Notes: generated from the sequence alone by a model not told the origin. Shown: positions 47,861-58,412, numbered from the stretch's first letter. The stretch is DNA of 64,000 bases from a virus (IMGVR_UViG_3300005077_000565:104159-168158), one strand, 5' to 3'. Program-made: numbers and translations.

Positions 47861-48787
47861 TTAGTTCTCCAATATGATATTAGTTAGTTCTTCACGCAAA
47901 AAATGTTCGTCGGGGTCATAGGCAATGCCCTGCCATTCTTTGACTTTGATCTTTTCATCGTTCCAGTCATTGTGCCAGTATTCGCCATTCCACAGGGCTT
48001 GATATTCATAACCGTCTTTGGTTTTAACATTATACTTGCCCTCACGCACTGGCGTAACCTTAGCAGGGAACCATTCTGTAAGACCGTATTCAATATCGTC
48101 CATGTTACGATAACGTTCCCAACGTCCGCCTTTTTGTGATCCAGCGATATAGAATCCAAAGTCTGTGCTCTTACCGCTGGTGTCGCCACCGTCGTTGATC
48201 AGTTCTTCTCCGTCGTAGCTCACAGATGTAATAATTTCGTTACCGTCGATTTCGTCGTAGTTGATGCAGAGTTTACCGGCATCAAACGGCATCTTCAGTT
48301 CAATGTCTGCTTCAAAAAATGTGCCCTTCTCTGAACTAACACCAACGAATACTACTGTGCCTTTTTCTTGCGAATCAATCCAGATCTCATCACCACAGGA
48401 GATTTCAGGAGTGGGTTCATCATCTTCGTCCCAGCCAACACAGTCCTCCAACTGTTTTTCCCAGACGACGTCGCCATTTTCGTCGTCAACTTGGATAGTG
48501 CCGGAGTTACGATCTACACCCCAACAATGACCCATGTTGTCGCAGTTGTACCAGTCGCCTGGGTAAAATGGTTGCATATCTTCTGGAATGTTATTTGCTT
48601 TGGTGTAATCGCTGTCCCAGGCAAACTCTGCAACATCAAGTCTGCGTTGGCGGAAGTAATCGTAGACTCGACGATCTACAGTGCCCATGACATATTCGCC
48701 ACCGTAGCCCCAGAGTCTGACCTTGTAGGTACAAGGGGTGAATTTTAATACTTCAATAAGTTCTTGCTGTTCTCGTTCGGTGGCCAT
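47861..48787 (-). CDS. acidic hypothetical protein
   Basis: 308 aa; SSEKGTFF. Confidence 0.7.
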   Translation of the reverse strand: MATEREQQELIEVLKFTPCTYKVRLWGYGGEYVMGTVDRRVYDYFRQRRLDVAEFAWDSDYTKANNIPEDMQPFYPGDWYNCDNMGHCWGVDRNSGTIQVDDENGDVVWEKQLEDCVGWDEDDEPTPEISCGDEIWIDSQEKGTVVFVGVSSEKGTFFEADIELKMPFDAGKLCINYDEIDGNEIITSVSYDGEELINDGGDTSGKSTDFGFYIAGSQKGGRWERYRNMDDIEYGLTEWFPAKVTPVREGKYNVKTKDGYEYQALWNGEYWHNDWNDEKIKVKEWQGIAYDPDEHFLREELTNIILEN

Positions 48788-48816
48788 GATAGATCCCTTA
48801 TTAAATTAATAGTTAA

Positions 48817-49158
48817 TTATACACTGATCTGGGAATTATCTGCAACTGCTTTGGATTCAAGTACTCCAATAACGATCCAGACGACAAATCCCACATAGGG
48901 CACAAACACAGCCGCAGTCCACCAAGTGTTAATGCCAGCATCACGACATCGTCGAATAGATGTTGAAATCCAGAGCCAACAATATGCCACAGCTACAGCC
49001 ACTGAGGTGATGATACCAAACACCAAACCCGCACTATCTGCCATCACAAATGCTACTGCAATGGCGTAGCCAACCAGCGCCAGAAGCATACCAACGATGT
49101 TTGCACCCCAGTATTCACTGCGGCCTGCACGGCCGCTAAATTTAAAATATTTGTTCAT
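48817..49158 (-). CDS. DUF805 (YhaH-like) membrane protein
   Basis: FSGRAGRSEYW...IRRCRDAG...WW. Confidence 0.85.
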   Translation of the reverse strand: MNKYFKFSGRAGRSEYWGANIVGMLLALVGYAIAVAFVMADSAGLVFGIITSVAVAVAYCWLWISTSIRRCRDAGINTWWTAAVFVPYVGFVVWIVIGVLESKAVADNSQISV

Positions 49159-49160
49159 TA

Positions 49161-49586
49161 TTACACCAATTCGTAAGGTTTATTCCAGCTGCCAATGTTT
49201 ACGTCGATGTAATGACTGCAATGAAAATAGTCTGTTTGAATGTCTGACTCGTCGAAGTAGTCAGGACCGTACATAGCGGGAATCACTTCAGCCAGAAACT
49301 GTCGTGCACGGCCCGAAAAGTGTTCTTTGTACCAATAGACGTTCACGTCAAGTGAGCCGTTCTTGCGAAGGTAAGCGATTTGCTCTGGTGACATGCGTTT
49401 TGCATGGGGAGCATCATCTTCGGTTTTGATGTAATTCTCAATGAAGTCGATGTTGCCCTGCTTTACGTTCAGTACCAGAGTGCTGTGATTACGAACTGCG
49501 ATTGATGCTTTGACACCATACTTTTTGCAGATTGATTTAATGGTGGGCGCCAGCTTTGCTTTGTGTTCTTGACTCATGTATGCCAT
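49161..49586 (-). CDS. early hypothetical protein
   Basis: AGGAG SD before MAYMSQ; own promoter TTGACA-N18-TACAAT at 49622-49651. Confidence 0.7.
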   Translation of the reverse strand: MAYMSQEHKAKLAPTIKSICKKYGVKASIAVRNHSTLVLNVKQGNIDFIENYIKTEDDAPHAKRMSPEQIAYLRKNGSLDVNVYWYKEHFSGRARQFLAEVIPAMYGPDYFDESDIQTDYFHCSHYIDVNIGSWNKPYELV

Positions 49587-49642
49587 CTTCAACTCCTGTT
49601 TTGTTAACAACCGATAATGCTATTGTAGCAAAAACGCCTATT

Positions 49643-49867
49643 TTATGTCAAATCTGCAGTCGCCGCCAATTTTTCAGAAATATAACGGTTAATGATCAGA
49701 CTGTTAATGGTGTCAGGTACTGACACAAAAGGCCACATGGGTTCAAAAGGACACACTGATTCCCAGCGCCCAGTTTCCAGGAATTTTTTATAAAGGGACA
49801 GATCCCGTGCTGAGTTGGGGTCAAACACACGGGTAGAACGCGATCGGAGAACACTTTTAACCATCAC
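49643..49867 (-). CDS. early hypothetical protein
   Basis: AAGGAG SD; promoter TTGACA-N18-TATAAT at 49901-49930. Confidence 0.65.
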   Translation of the reverse strand: MMVKSVLRSRSTRVFDPNSARDLSLYKKFLETGRWESVCPFEPMWPFVSVPDTINSLIINRYISEKLAATADLT

Positions 49868-49933
49868 ACAAACTCCTTGGGTTGCTGTTAATATGTGTGT
49901 ATTATAGGTTAAATTGGTATTTTATGTCAAATT

Positions 49934-50644
49934 TCAGCGTAGCATGCCTTTGATGATTTTTGCCGTTTCAGTCCAGTCGGCAACCTGATAGACAATGCCA
50001 CCACGTTCACGAACAGCCTGCGCCAGCGGAAAGTCATTGCCCTGGGGGTCGGTGCGGTCTCCAAAAAACACCAGATTGTCGTAGCGTGTTAGGTGTTCGA
50101 CAATCTGACCTTTGTCTTTGCCCACTGGGGAAATATCCAGACCGGTTTCACCACCGGCTCGTGCTTCCACAGTGCGACCGAAAAGATTGTTGAATTCAGA
50201 AACCAGTCGATCACGCTCGCCAGTGGTACAATCCCAGTCTACATATTGTGCACGTTGCTCCTGATTGGCGTTGCGTCCCACAATACTAAAATTAACTGTG
50301 CCGGGGCGATGTTCAAAATGTAGCCCGGCTCTGACTGGGAATTCACTGGTGGTCAATTGAATGGATAACCATTCGTGAATAATTTCCGGTAATTTCCACT
50401 TAGTGGTATAGGTATTGATGCCACGTTCCCAGATATCATTGCCACTGCAGTTGAATACTCGTTTTACGTTTTCAGTGATGGTAGTTCCGATCTGCTCGAC
50501 TGTTTTAGCGTAGTCGCTGCCGGTGGCCAGGAACACATGGTGTCGTGCTATAAATTCGCAAAAATCAATTCTAAAAGAACCGTTCATGCTTTGTCGGCTG
50601 GGAGTCAGAGTACCGTCGACATCAAAAAGATAGGCAGTGGTCAT
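49934..50644 (-). CDS. eukaryote-type phosphomannomutase (HAD IIB)
   Basis: FDVDGTLT, TGSD, NFSIVGR, GGETGLDI, FFGDRT...GND. Confidence 0.8.
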   Translation of the reverse strand: MTTAYLFDVDGTLTPSRQSMNGSFRIDFCEFIARHHVFLATGSDYAKTVEQIGTTITENVKRVFNCSGNDIWERGINTYTTKWKLPEIIHEWLSIQLTTSEFPVRAGLHFEHRPGTVNFSIVGRNANQEQRAQYVDWDCTTGERDRLVSEFNNLFGRTVEARAGGETGLDISPVGKDKGQIVEHLTRYDNLVFFGDRTDPQGNDFPLAQAVRERGGIVYQVADWTETAKIIKGMLR

Positions 50645-50835
50645 TGTTGTGAGTTATCTCTGGGTTGGTTAATGACGATATCAATGCGTTCGTTCACGGC
50701 AACAAAGCCGCCACAGCGTGGGCATATGACGTCGGGTTGTCCATGATTTTCATATGAGTGTCCACATTGTGGATTGGTGCAACGCAGTGACCAGGTTGAT
50801 TTATATTGAGTGTCCATATTTTTATTTATGAACAC
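50641..50835 (-). CDS. small Zn-ribbon protein
   Basis: CTNPQC...CPRCG. Confidence 0.55.
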   Translation of the reverse strand: MFINKNMDTQYKSTWSLRCTNPQCGHSYENHGQPDVICPRCGGFVAVNERIDIVINQPRDNSQQ

Positions 50836-51077
50836 TGTTCGATAGCAGTAACTCGATCATATCTGAAACTACGCCAGGCCTGAGCATTAACATCCCAGAC
50901 CACACATACATCGGGATTCGCTGAACGTGTTTTACCTGAAGTCACAGGCCGGGCAGGTAACAATGATTCCTGCAGTGTACAAGTCATGATTCGTTGTTCA
51001 CCAGTGGATTTGTTGAAGGTTACAATTACCTGCCCAGCAGTCAGCTGACTGCGCAGTTCTTCTCGATTAATTTCCAT
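50826..51077 (-). CDS. WYL-like/DUF2693 SH3-fold protein
   Basis: VTFNKSTGEQRIMTCTL...WDV..QAWRSFR. Confidence 0.75.
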   Translation of the reverse strand: MEINREELRSQLTAGQVIVTFNKSTGEQRIMTCTLQESLLPARPVTSGKTRSANPDVCVVWDVNAQAWRSFRYDRVTAIEQCS

Positions 51078-51079
51078 GA

Positions 51080-51274
51080 TTATTCTTGATTGTTTTCGGA
51101 GTATTCAACTACTTCATGCAGGCGCCAGATTCGTGCGGCCTTCTGCGCAGATTCAAGTGAGTTGTAGATTTTTACCTGAACATCGTCGAAGTTTTCACTA
51201 TGTGCATCAGTGACATAGATCCAGCTATTACGATCTTCGGGATTTCCAAAAGGAATTTTAATTGCATATTTCAT
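51080..51274 (-). CDS. hypothetical protein
   Basis: 64 aa ORF. Confidence 0.55.
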   Translation of the reverse strand: MKYAIKIPFGNPEDRNSWIYVTDAHSENFDDVQVKIYNSLESAQKAARIWRLHEVVEYSENNQE

Positions 51275-51276
51275 GT

Positions 51277-51690
51277 TTATGTCTGCTCCCGATTAAATTT
51301 ACCATCCTTTATTTTAAAGAATACCACCGGTCCCGAACTTCTGATATACTGGCGGCCGCCATCAATCATGGATTCATCAATAAAAAGACAATTGTGGTGA
51401 GTCTGTGAATACCAGAAATTGCCCTGACGATCCTGTATCATACCGAAGATAAATTTCTCCACTAGATCGGCATTTCTGATATAGACTGTACCAGATACCG
51501 TATCTTTGGTTAAACCAAAGTATCGGTTGTTGAATTTTGGATGTGGCTTATCACGATAGAATACATCGTAGGGTTGATCACTGGCATCTATGTCAGTAGT
51601 GCACACATAACGAACAGGCGCCCCGTCGCGAGCGGAATATAGATCCACTACTTTTGCGACATCAAAAATTGGTGCATGTTTGATTTCCAT
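51277..51690 (-). CDS. conserved phage hypothetical protein
   Basis: HPKFNNRYFG, IDGGRQY. Confidence 0.65.
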   Translation of the reverse strand: MEIKHAPIFDVAKVVDLYSARDGAPVRYVCTTDIDASDQPYDVFYRDKPHPKFNNRYFGLTKDTVSGTVYIRNADLVEKFIFGMIQDRQGNFWYSQTHHNCLFIDESMIDGGRQYIRSSGPVVFFKIKDGKFNREQT

Positions 51691-51691
51691 G

Positions 51692-52183
51692 TTATAGTTC
51701 TACTCCACAAATTTCGACAATGTCAGGGTACTGTAAACACAGTCGAGTAAACAGTCCACGCTCACGCCCATGAGCTTCAATCTCCCAGGGTAAATCCCAG
51801 TAATCCACCATGGCAGTATTAATGCGGCTACCGTTCCAGTTTAAACTATCTACTACAGATGTCAACTCTCGCATTTCACCACGAGCAAACTGCTTTACAT
51901 GCACCATTTCATGTGCCAGTGTTTCTAGAACTTCCTTCATACAGACATCCGGGTTGTAGGCTACACGAATTTCAAATTCTTTACCTCGATGCGCAGCGTC
52001 TACCCAGACACAGTCACCACGCACATCTTCAGTTTCTAGTAGATTGTCCACTAGATGAATATACACTGTCAATGAACTATGCAGGCGAGCAGTCATTAAT
52101 TTGTCAGCATAAAACTTCGCAGATCTGCGAATAATTTCACGCCGCACCGGCGTCACTGACTTAGATATAACACGTGTGTACAT
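51692..52183 (-). CDS. HEXXH zinc metallopeptidase-like protein
   Basis: LAHEMVHVKQ...PWEIEA; promoter TTGACA-N17-TAGACT at 52230-52258. Confidence 0.75.
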   Translation of the reverse strand: MYTRVISKSVTPVRREIIRRSAKFYADKLMTARLHSSLTVYIHLVDNLLETEDVRGDCVWVDAAHRGKEFEIRVAYNPDVCMKEVLETLAHEMVHVKQFARGEMRELTSVVDSLNWNGSRINTAMVDYWDLPWEIEAHGRERGLFTRLCLQYPDIVEICGVEL

Positions 52184-52278
52184 AATATGATCAAGTCAAA
52201 ATTAGTTAAGAATCACTTACAATAAACACAGTCTAGCATGAAGCCGATTTATTGTCAAACTTAACGAAATCTTACAAT

Positions 52279-52809
52279 TTAAGCAGGTTGTAATAATTTT
52301 AAGAATTGTTCTGATCCGCTGGTTACGTTGTCAGACCATTCTTCAGGATCACCGCCGTCGCTGACATATTTGTAGCTTTCGAAGCGAATTCCCATACGCT
52401 GAGCAGCCTTGGCCAGCGCATATCCTTCCATGTCTACTAGTTGATAGTCATCAGTAGGGACACTAAAACAATCACCGGTGCCGCAGAAAATTTGATCCAC
52501 TGCGGATGCATTGGCAGTGTGTATTACACGTTCAGTTTCACCATAGGTGACGTAATTTTCAGAACCAATTAGACTGCAGTTCATGTCTCGTTGAATAAAG
52601 CCGTCGACACGAACTAATTTGCGTCTAAGTGAAATAACTCCGCCGGCAGTGCCGTAATTGATGACTTCTGTGGTGTCGGGATGTAATAGTAGAAATTTAG
52701 TCAACGATACTGAAGCATTGACTTTGCCGACACCGGTGACCAACTTACGGTATCCAGCTGGTAAATCTTGTGGCAATTCGGCATTCAGCGCAATTACTAC
52801 TACCTTCAT
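52279..52809 (-). CDS. MTA/SAH nucleosidase-like (PNP_UDP_1 family)
   Basis: TGVGKVNA, NYGTAG, TGD, VDMEG, KYVSD. Confidence 0.8.
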   Translation of the reverse strand: MKVVVIALNAELPQDLPAGYRKLVTGVGKVNASVSLTKFLLLHPDTTEVINYGTAGGVISLRRKLVRVDGFIQRDMNCSLIGSENYVTYGETERVIHTANASAVDQIFCGTGDCFSVPTDDYQLVDMEGYALAKAAQRMGIRFESYKYVSDGGDPEEWSDNVTSGSEQFLKLLQPA

Positions 52810-53726
52810 CGAGACAATCTTCCCAGTTCGATCATAGTGGCACTGAAGTTGATTTCGGGATCTGCAACCTGTGTATGCTTGATCATGCCATTGCGAATAA
52901 CAATCGCCGCCTCGTCTTGCTGATCCAGAGTTGTGCCAAAGAAATCTAGATTGCGATACAAGAATGTATAGAGATCGTTATATTCGTCAGCACGTGCGGA
53001 TTGACAAATCAGTTTACGTGCTTCACGTAGTTTGTTTTCCTTGAACAACGCCACCATGTTGATACGCCAATCACCCCCGGTGGCCTCGTCCTGCGGACGG
53101 CGCAACTGCCCGTCGACCACATTCATCTGTACAGTGTTGATGGTTTTTCTTAGATCCGGATACGTTGCCTTAACATATAGATCTAGATCTTCAATATCAA
53201 ACTCTACTGATTCAGTGATCAGGATTTCAGCGATCCTGGCTGTAAAGTCTACCTGATCCTGACTGGTGATATGGAATCCCTGACATCTGCTGTGGATAGC
53301 TGGGATGATCATGTTAGGGTAGTTGCATGTAAGAATAAATCGAACTACGCTGGCATATTGTTCCATGACACCACGCAGAGCGGCCTGACCTTCGGGACTG
53401 ATGTGATCAGCTTCGTCCAGTAGGATAACTTTGAATTTACCCCAGGGCATGGTTTCACTAAATGCTGTGATTTTTTTACGAATCATTTCGACACCATTGT
53501 CGCGACTGGCGTTGATGGTCAGAACGTCAGCCTTCTCTACGCCCAGGTCATTAATTAGTACGCGGGCCAGTGTGGTTTTACCAGTTCCCGGCGCACCACT
53601 GAACAACAGGTGCGGGATACCACCGTCGGCAATCCAGCCCGACACTTGTCGTTTCTGATTCTCGTCTTTGAACACATATTCACTGACAGTCTTGGGACGA
53701 TATTTTTCGGTCCAGATTTCTTTCAT
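52806..53726 (-). CDS. clamp loader ATPase subunit (RFC small/gp44-like)
   Basis: WTEKYRP, GAPGTGKT, INAS, LDEAD, SRC. Confidence 0.92.
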   Translation of the reverse strand: MKEIWTEKYRPKTVSEYVFKDENQKRQVSGWIADGGIPHLLFSGAPGTGKTTLARVLINDLGVEKADVLTINASRDNGVEMIRKKITAFSETMPWGKFKVILLDEADHISPEGQAALRGVMEQYASVVRFILTCNYPNMIIPAIHSRCQGFHITSQDQVDFTARIAEILITESVEFDIEDLDLYVKATYPDLRKTINTVQMNVVDGQLRRPQDEATGGDWRINMVALFKENKLREARKLICQSARADEYNDLYTFLYRNLDFFGTTLDQQDEAAIVIRNGMIKHTQVADPEINFSATMIELGRLSR

Positions 53727-53729
53727 AGC

Positions 53730-54038
53730 TTACTCGATTGGGTTTTCTTGACTTTTGATTAAAATTTCGTTGTTGTCCAGTAAGTATAACTTACGGTCAC
53801 TGGCGGAGTCAACTGTGACACCGCGACTCCAGCGGCCGTGTGCCACTAGCACGTAGTCGCCCACTGAGACTTCGTCCTGATCAGGACCCACGTGTGTTAC
53901 CATGAACCATCGCGGCCGGATGCTGTCGGAACTACCATCGCGCTCCTGAACAACGATACCACCAGAAGTGACTTTTTCGCCAAAGCCATCCACCATATAA
54001 CCTAAAACTTTATCACCGATTGCTCTAATTGTTGTCAT
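53730..54038 (-). CDS. groES: GroES-like co-chaperonin
   Basis: IRAIGDKV...TSGGIV...VGP..VSVGDYVL. Confidence 0.75.
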   Translation of the reverse strand: MTTIRAIGDKVLGYMVDGFGEKVTSGGIVVQERDGSSDSIRPRWFMVTHVGPDQDEVSVGDYVLVAHGRWSRGVTVDSASDRKLYLLDNNEILIKSQENPIE

Positions 54039-54040
54039 AA

Positions 54041-54403
54041 TTACTTTCTAAGATCCTTTTCACCAAAACTTCCGTCGCTGTATTCGACTTCTATGTAAGC
54101 TGAACCGTCGGGCCGAGTTTTAAATGTCTCGGACACCACCGTCGGCCCATCAAAATCTTCGGGTGGAGCTACAGCCTCAACTCTAGGTTTAGCATCACTC
54201 ACCGGGGCAACTTCGGGAGCAAATACATTCTGATGCTGTGCTCGTGCCACAGCCTGTACTGTTGCTCGTACATTGCCCTGTGCATCCAGACGATCACCAC
54301 GTGCGTTCATGGGGACATTACTGACCGCGCGAACACTTTCATTTTGTTTTGCTAGACCGGCCATGTCAATGTATTTTCCACGTGCCGTGCGTATTCTTTT
54401 CAT
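54041..54403 (-). CDS. conserved phage hypothetical protein
   Basis: TARGK.IDM...NARGD. Confidence 0.65.
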   Translation of the reverse strand: MKRIRTARGKYIDMAGLAKQNESVRAVSNVPMNARGDRLDAQGNVRATVQAVARAQHQNVFAPEVAPVSDAKPRVEAVAPPEDFDGPTVVSETFKTRPDGSAYIEVEYSDGSFGEKDLRK

Positions 54404-54918
54404 TTAAGGAACTCCTTGATGTCTAGGTTGTATTTCAGTGCGTCAATTTTATGAACTCCTAGAAGGAACAGTACATAACTAGCTACACTACTACCACGTC
54501 CAACTCCCCAGACTATTTTATTTTCTCTGAGAGTATTTACAAAATAAAGTAAAAATTTTAAAACTGGATACATGTTACGTTTTTGAAATTCCACCAATTC
54601 TGTTGCTACTCGTTCTTGTTGGCTGCCTGTTTTGCACATTTCCAGCAGATATTGTTCTATATCCAATTGGTGATAATATTCTGGAAGATTCCAGCCATCG
54701 ACTCCGACACATGCACTGATAAAGTCCGCAGTGGATAATTCACTAGCCAGTTCGTATTCGATGCGATCTGGCATGTCAAATAACTCGGAAAACTTGTTAA
54801 ATCTATCAATCCAGTCATGACTGGAAACCGTGATTTTGGTCAGAGGGATTCCGTTATACAGATATTGAACTAGGTCAGATTCCTCGACCACCATCTGATA
54901 ATTGTTGTTCATTTTCAT
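54400..54918 (-). CDS. stand-alone fragment of DNA polymerase III alpha-like domain
   Basis: ERVATEL...WGVGRGSSVASYVLFLLG.HKID.LKYNL...FLK. Confidence 0.75.
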   Translation of the reverse strand: MKMNNNYQMVVEESDLVQYLYNGIPLTKITVSSHDWIDRFNKFSELFDMPDRIEYELASELSTADFISACVGVDGWNLPEYYHQLDIEQYLLEMCKTGSQQERVATELVEFQKRNMYPVLKFLLYFVNTLRENKIVWGVGRGSSVASYVLFLLGVHKIDALKYNLDIKEFLK

Positions 54919-55142
54919 CCGATTATGAGGTCGTCAAAATCATTGCCCTTGTCAGACTGCCGGTTCTGATCCATGGCCATTTTGTCCGTCAGTGTAAATT
55001 CCACTTCGGCGATTAGAAACTGAATCTGATTGATGACGCCCTGACTCATACCGGCACGGTGTGCCTGTACTAGTTTACGTTTCAATTCCTGCTGACGTTT
55101 TAATAGTTCAGCGATGCTGTTGTCTTGAATATCATCATCCAT
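54915..55142 (-). CDS. hypothetical coiled-coil protein
   Basis: 75 aa ORF. Confidence 0.6.
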   Translation of the reverse strand: MDDDIQDNSIAELLKRQQELKRKLVQAHRAGMSQGVINQIQFLIAEVEFTLTDKMAMDQNRQSDKGNDFDDLIIG

Positions 55143-55172
55143 GATTCTATTATGAACTAAAATAGTTAATTG

Positions 55173-55925
55173 TCAAGATTTTATTCTTCGGTTATAATCA
55201 ATGGCCGAACGAATCAGACCAAGATCAACATCGAACAGTTCAGCAGTCCTGACTATAGCCTGTGTGTCCTTGGGGAAACAATGCCCACCGAACCCACGCT
55301 CCGCAGTAACCTTGGTGTGACTGTCACCAATGCGTGTGTCTGAAGCTACACCTGCAGCCACGTGCTGAAAATCCAAATCCAGAGACTGGCACAAATCATA
55401 GATCTGATTAAAGAACGCTACTTTGGTTGCTAAAAAACTATTTCTGAAATATTTGATCAGTATTAATTCTTCAGGTTCGTATACTTCCACCGTAACATCC
55501 TTTTTAAGAGCAGTGGTCAATATATTAGTCCAGAATTTAACATTGTCACCACCAATCAGCAGTGTTGATGTATTTTTAAAATCTTCAGTGGCAGTGGCCG
55601 CTCTTAGAAATTCCGGGCAGAAGGTAAATCGACGATCAGGAAATCTAGTGCGCAGTGTGCGCCAGCCTTCGATACTAATAGTACTCTTAATTAAAATAGG
55701 TACGTCGGCGCATTGTTCAACTACAGCATAGACATTGTCCATGTAACATTCGCCAGTTTCGCTCTCAGGTGTGCTGACAGCGATGATCACCGCATGCGCC
55801 TGACTTAGATCAGCAGTATGGCCCAGACGTGGGTCATGTACGCTGACCCTGCAATAGTCTTTTAATACTTCATAGTGTGCCTGGCCCACAAACCCAAGAC
55901 CGGCAATCGTAATATTCATGTTCAC
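55173..55925 (-). CDS. UDP-glucose/GDP-mannose dehydrogenase family, lacking the C-terminal domain
   Basis: GLGFVG, IKST, PEFL, KYFRN..LA.KV.F.N, GFGGHCFPKD. Confidence 0.85.
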   Translation of the reverse strand: MNMNITIAGLGFVGQAHYEVLKDYCRVSVHDPRLGHTADLSQAHAVIIAVSTPESETGECYMDNVYAVVEQCADVPILIKSTISIEGWRTLRTRFPDRRFTFCPEFLRAATATEDFKNTSTLLIGGDNVKFWTNILTTALKKDVTVEVYEPEELILIKYFRNSFLATKVAFFNQIYDLCQSLDLDFQHVAAGVASDTRIGDSHTKVTAERGFGGHCFPKDTQAIVRTAELFDVDLGLIRSAIDYNRRIKS

Positions 55926-56347
55926 AGATCCCCAGCTTTTCTGTTTTCACTGTAATGGACGTCAAATTTACCACCGGGGTATCGACTTTCTAGTTTGTTG
56001 ACGTTTTCCTCGATCACTGCCGACGGAGTTTCACCAATGGCACGACAGGCATTAACAAAATACCAGGCAATGTCACCCAGTTCACGTTTGATGTGGAACA
56101 GCGTATCCTCATTCATGGGCTTGCCCTGAAATACACATTTTTTGACGATTTCAGCAAGTTCGCCCCCCTCGCTGGCCACGCCAATGGCACCGGTCATCAA
56201 CAGCGAAATATTACATACTTGATTCAACTCACGCAGTCGCTGAATCATCACTTCTAGATCGTTGCTGGGATCGCTGGTGACCGCAGCTACAAAATCCTGA
56301 TACTTGTCTACATCTACAAATTCTTGTTTTTTCATATTTTCTTTCAT
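55922..56347 (-). CDS. mazG: MazG-like NTP pyrophosphohydrolase
   Basis: [30 protein letters not shown]. Confidence 0.85.
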   Translation of the reverse strand: MKENMKKQEFVDVDKYQDFVAAVTSDPSNDLEVMIQRLRELNQVCNISLLMTGAIGVASEGGELAEIVKKCVFQGKPMNEDTLFHIKRELGDIAWYFVNACRAIGETPSAVIEENVNKLESRYPGGKFDVHYSENRKAGDL

Positions 56348-57297
56348 TGAAATAGGCTACTGACTGATTCTTCGTTGGTGACACGACGTATTGCCTCACC
56401 CAGTAGTGGGCCAATACTAACTTGTCGAACCTTGGTGATGCTGTCAGTCCAGTTATATTGAATACTGTCAGTGATCACTAGTTCTACCAGGTTACTGTTT
56501 TGGATACGGTCACAAGCCTTGCCACTGAGCACTCCATGGGTTATATAAGCGCGAACAGACAGCGCACCGGCATCCATGATGGCCCGAGCTGCATTACACA
56601 GTGTACCACCGCTGTCCACCATGTCGTCTACTAGAATAGCATGTTTGTTTTGAACATCGCCAATTAAATTCATTACTTCACTGACGCCAGCCACGGGCCT
56701 GCGTTTGTCTACAATGGCAATGTCGGCATTGAATTGATTGGCAAACTTGCGTGCTCGAACCACGCCGCCGGCATCAGGGCTGACAAAAACCAGATTATTG
56801 GGTTTATCTAAACGATCCGGAGATAGGTCAAATTTTGTTTTGATGTCATTGGCAAACACTACGCGACTGGTCAGATCATCTACAGGAATATTAAAAAATC
56901 CCTGAATCTGTCCAGCATGCAGATCCATGGTTAAAACACGATCAGCACCGGCTGTGGTTATTAGATCTGCCACCAGCTTGGCAGTGATGGGTGTTCGGCT
57001 GGCACTTTTACGGTCTTGCCGGGCGTAGCCAAAATAGGGTATTACGGCAGTAATGCGGCTAGCACTGCTACGCTTGGCCGCATCGATCATGACCATCAAT
57101 TCCATCAGATGATCATTTACTGGTGTACTAGTACTCTGAATAATGAAAACATCTTCACCACGTATATTTTCATGGAACTCTACGCTACATTCGCCGTCGG
57201 CAAATTTTTCAATAGTAGCTGGTACGATTTCGCTGAAGCAGTGTTCCGAAATTGCTTTAGCTAGTGGCAAATTACTATTGCCAGCAATCAATTTCAT
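56344..57297 (-). CDS. prs: ribose-phosphate pyrophosphokinase
   Basis: [38 protein letters not shown]. Confidence 0.96.
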   Translation of the reverse strand: MKLIAGNSNLPLAKAISEHCFSEIVPATIEKFADGECSVEFHENIRGEDVFIIQSTSTPVNDHLMELMVMIDAAKRSSASRITAVIPYFGYARQDRKSASRTPITAKLVADLITTAGADRVLTMDLHAGQIQGFFNIPVDDLTSRVVFANDIKTKFDLSPDRLDKPNNLVFVSPDAGGVVRARKFANQFNADIAIVDKRRPVAGVSEVMNLIGDVQNKHAILVDDMVDSGGTLCNAARAIMDAGALSVRAYITHGVLSGKACDRIQNSNLVELVITDSIQYNWTDSITKVRQVSIGPLLGEAIRRVTNEESVSSLFQ

Positions 57298-57315
57298 AAA
57301 TTAAAACTTTCGTTA

Positions 57316-57645
57316 TCAAACATCAAAATTTACACTGGATCCACAACCACATCCACCGGCTGAGTTGGGATTCTGAATGTCAATTCTGCTACCCGTGATA
57401 TCACTAATGTAATGCACTGTTGACCCAATCAAATAGGGGACACTGTATGAGTCAACACTCAGTAAAAACTTGTCGTACTGAATCTGTGCATCGTCAGCCA
57501 TGTGCTCCTGTGGTTCGTCGTAGACTTCCCAGTGGTACTGGAATCCCGAACAACCACCACCAATGATACCAAATTTAATAATTTTACCTTCGGCTACGTT
57601 GCCGAAGTGTTCAATAGCCTGTTCAGTTAACTGAATAACATCCAT
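57316..57645 (-). CDS. iscA: IscA/HesB Fe-S cluster assembly protein
   Basis: GGGCSGFQY, NPN..GGCGCGSS. Confidence 0.9.
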   Translation of the reverse strand: MDVIQLTEQAIEHFGNVAEGKIIKFGIIGGGCSGFQYHWEVYDEPQEHMADDAQIQYDKFLLSVDSYSVPYLIGSTVHYISDITGSRIDIQNPNSAGGCGCGSSVNFDV

Positions 57646-57648
57646 GAT

Positions 57649-58011
57649 TTACCTCTTTGCTGGATTACTGCTAAATTCTGGTCCTTTATTAGGACCGTTG
57701 TAATTACGACGCGGATTAAATGAGTCTGCATCAGGCATAGGTTCTTTTTTCTTACTGATGACCGGCCAGCGCTGAGAATGTTCGGCATTTACTTTTAGCC
57801 AAAATTCAACAGCATGGGCTGGCATTTCATTAGTGTCTTCGGGAAAAATAGCACCGGCCGGACATTCAGGTTCACAAACGCCACAGTCAATACACTCATC
57901 GGGATCAATTACTAGTGTGTTTTCGCCTTCGTGAAAGCAATTCACTGGGCATACAGCCACACAATCAGTGTATTTGCATTTAATACAATCACCGTTGACT
58001 AGGAATGTCAT
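57649..58011 (-). CDS. fdxA: FdxA-type ferredoxin
   Basis: [26 protein letters not shown]. Confidence 0.9.
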   Translation of the reverse strand: MTFLVNGDCIKCKYTDCVAVCPVNCFHEGENTLVIDPDECIDCGVCEPECPAGAIFPEDTNEMPAHAVEFWLKVNAEHSQRWPVISKKKEPMPDADSFNPRRNYNGPNKGPEFSSNPAKR

Positions 58012-58013
58012 GA

Positions 58014-58400
58014 TTAACGTTTGCCTGCGTTGCGTTGTTCTTTAAGGATCAATTCTACAATTTCAGGTTTGCGTTGTTTTCGATTAATAGACAACCCAAA
58101 TTCCCCGGAACCAATTTCCTCTAGCTGTGCTTTGGTCATTTCTTCTAAAGCGGCTCGATTATACTTGGCCGGTTCTTTTTTTGGTTTAGCTGAAGTTTTT
58201 ACTGTAACTTCTTTAACTGTGGTGACTTTTTTGTCAGCAGTCTTGTTGCTGGCGGTAATCACAGCTGGTGGTTGTTCAAATTCAATTGCTTCGGGCATAA
58301 TTTCAACAGCCGCCGGTGCTTCTACTTTATAAGGGGCTACTGGTTCTTGTGTGGTTTCAGTTTTTTTGAATCCCAGCACTGATAATAGTTTATTAAACAT
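58014..58400 (-). CDS. hypothetical protein with C-terminal Rho-N/HeH-like motif
   Basis: [13 protein letters not shown]...GL......[10 protein letters not shown]. Confidence 0.6.
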   Translation of the reverse strand: MFNKLLSVLGFKKTETTQEPVAPYKVEAPAAVEIMPEAIEFEQPPAVITASNKTADKKVTTVKEVTVKTSAKPKKEPAKYNRAALEEMTKAQLEEIGSGEFGLSINRKQRKPEIVELILKEQRNAGKR

Positions 58401-58412
58401 TTTTTACTCCTG

